Origin: the human T2T-CHM13v2.0 reference genome, Homo sapiens | DNA length: 64,000 nt | Reading direction: 5' to 3' (one strand) | Assembly: GCF_009914755.1 (NCBI RefSeq) | Contig: NC_060929.1 | Part shown: in pieces, positions 62,873 to 64,000 of the stretch | Layout of the letters: each line of letters starts with the position of its first letter | Position numbering within the stretch: the first letter of the stretch is position 1 | Position numbers and translations under genes: made by a program | The notes under the pieces: model-generated | Databases searched by the model: none | The model's input: the letters and a program-made list of their open reading frames with translations, nothing else | What the model was told of the DNA's origin: nothing

Positions 62873-62975
62873 ATTTATTTAATATTCACATTACTATGAG
62901 GTTGATACCTATAATTTTCCATGTTACATCTATTAGGGAGACTCAGTGAGATAAAGTATTGTATGTCACACATGC
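62873..62975 (-). mobile_element. MIR fragment
   Basis: tttaatattcacattactatgaggttgatacctat ... gagactcagtgagataaagta. Confidence 0.55.
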
Positions 62976-62985
62976 ACATATGTAA

Positions 62986-63364
<379 letters not shown>

Positions 63365-63643
63365 AAGAGTGTAAACTTCTTAAAAGCAGAAGTTTATATA
63401 CTCAGTTCCAGTTGTTTAATAACTATTGAGTACATCAATGAGTAAATAAATAATATTATTGATTTGGTTTATGTCTTATATTTTACAATTTGTTTTACAA
63501 ACTTAAAAGAGTATAAGTCATATATATTTATATATCCTGCTTTTTATTATACAAGAAACATTCTTTTTTGGATAATATTCTGAAACATGAATAAACCACT
63601 TTTAATATCTAATTTCTAATAATTGGTCGTATAGACTGTTTCT

Positions 63644-63773
63644 AAATTATTATTGTAATAATTTAAAAAGTCATATACACAATTTTAAAATTGTATCTGT
63701 AACTGTTATTACAGATACAAATTATTATAATAATTAAAAAGTCACATTCACAATTTTTAAATTGTATCTGTAA
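63644..63773. repeat. Direct duplication (~55-59 bp) with an intervening 12-bp inverted copy
   Basis: Copy 1 63644-63702, inverted ttacagatacaa 63709-63720, copy 2 63719-63773. Confidence 0.9.
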
Positions 63774-63901
63774 TTCTTAAGATAATTTTATAAGAATTAA
63801 TGCTACAGTATTTTTAGAACTGTTTGCGCATATTAACAAGTTGTCATCCAGATATTATATGCCAACTAAATAGTAAATGACAATATGTTGTTGGATTTGT
63901 A

Positions 63902-64000
63902 TTTTCTTTTTCTTTTTGAGACACAGTATTGCTCTGTAGCACAGGCTGGAGTGCAGGGGCATGATCACGCCTTACTGCAACCTCAGCCTCATGGGCTCAG
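63902..64000 (-). mobile_element. AluJ 3' part, truncated by window end
   Basis: ttttgagacacagtattgctctgtagcacaggctggagtgcag. Confidence 0.9.

Overview
AT-rich, CpG-poor primate genomic DNA, most likely human or great ape because it contains AluY and an L1PA2-type insertion. It is intronic or intergenic: I see no convincing protein-coding exon, RNA gene, CpG island or prokaryote-type system. Nearly all listed ORFs are translations of decayed repeats or chance ORFs. Much of the window is recognisable transposon relics: Alu, L1 of many ages, L2, MIR, MaLR, ERVL/ERV1 LTRs, and hAT/Tigger DNA elements. Subfamily names come from recalled consensus sequences and need RepeatMasker/Dfam confirmation. 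Main observations: (1) an ~11.4-kb ancient L1MB-type element (50107-61552) with 5'UTR/ORF1/ORF2/3'UTR remnants, a 13-bp target-site repeat and multi-level nested insertions, including two MaLR proviruses fused into a kb-scale inverted repeat; (2) a solo LTR8-family LTR with a 78-bp duplication and four AP-1 sites; (3) non-repeat blocks with dense developmental transcription-factor motifs (14.2-14.6 kb, 40.5-40.65 kb); (4) one strong splice acceptor at 32748; (5) several template-switch scars. I could not support a genuinely new biological system from sequence alone.
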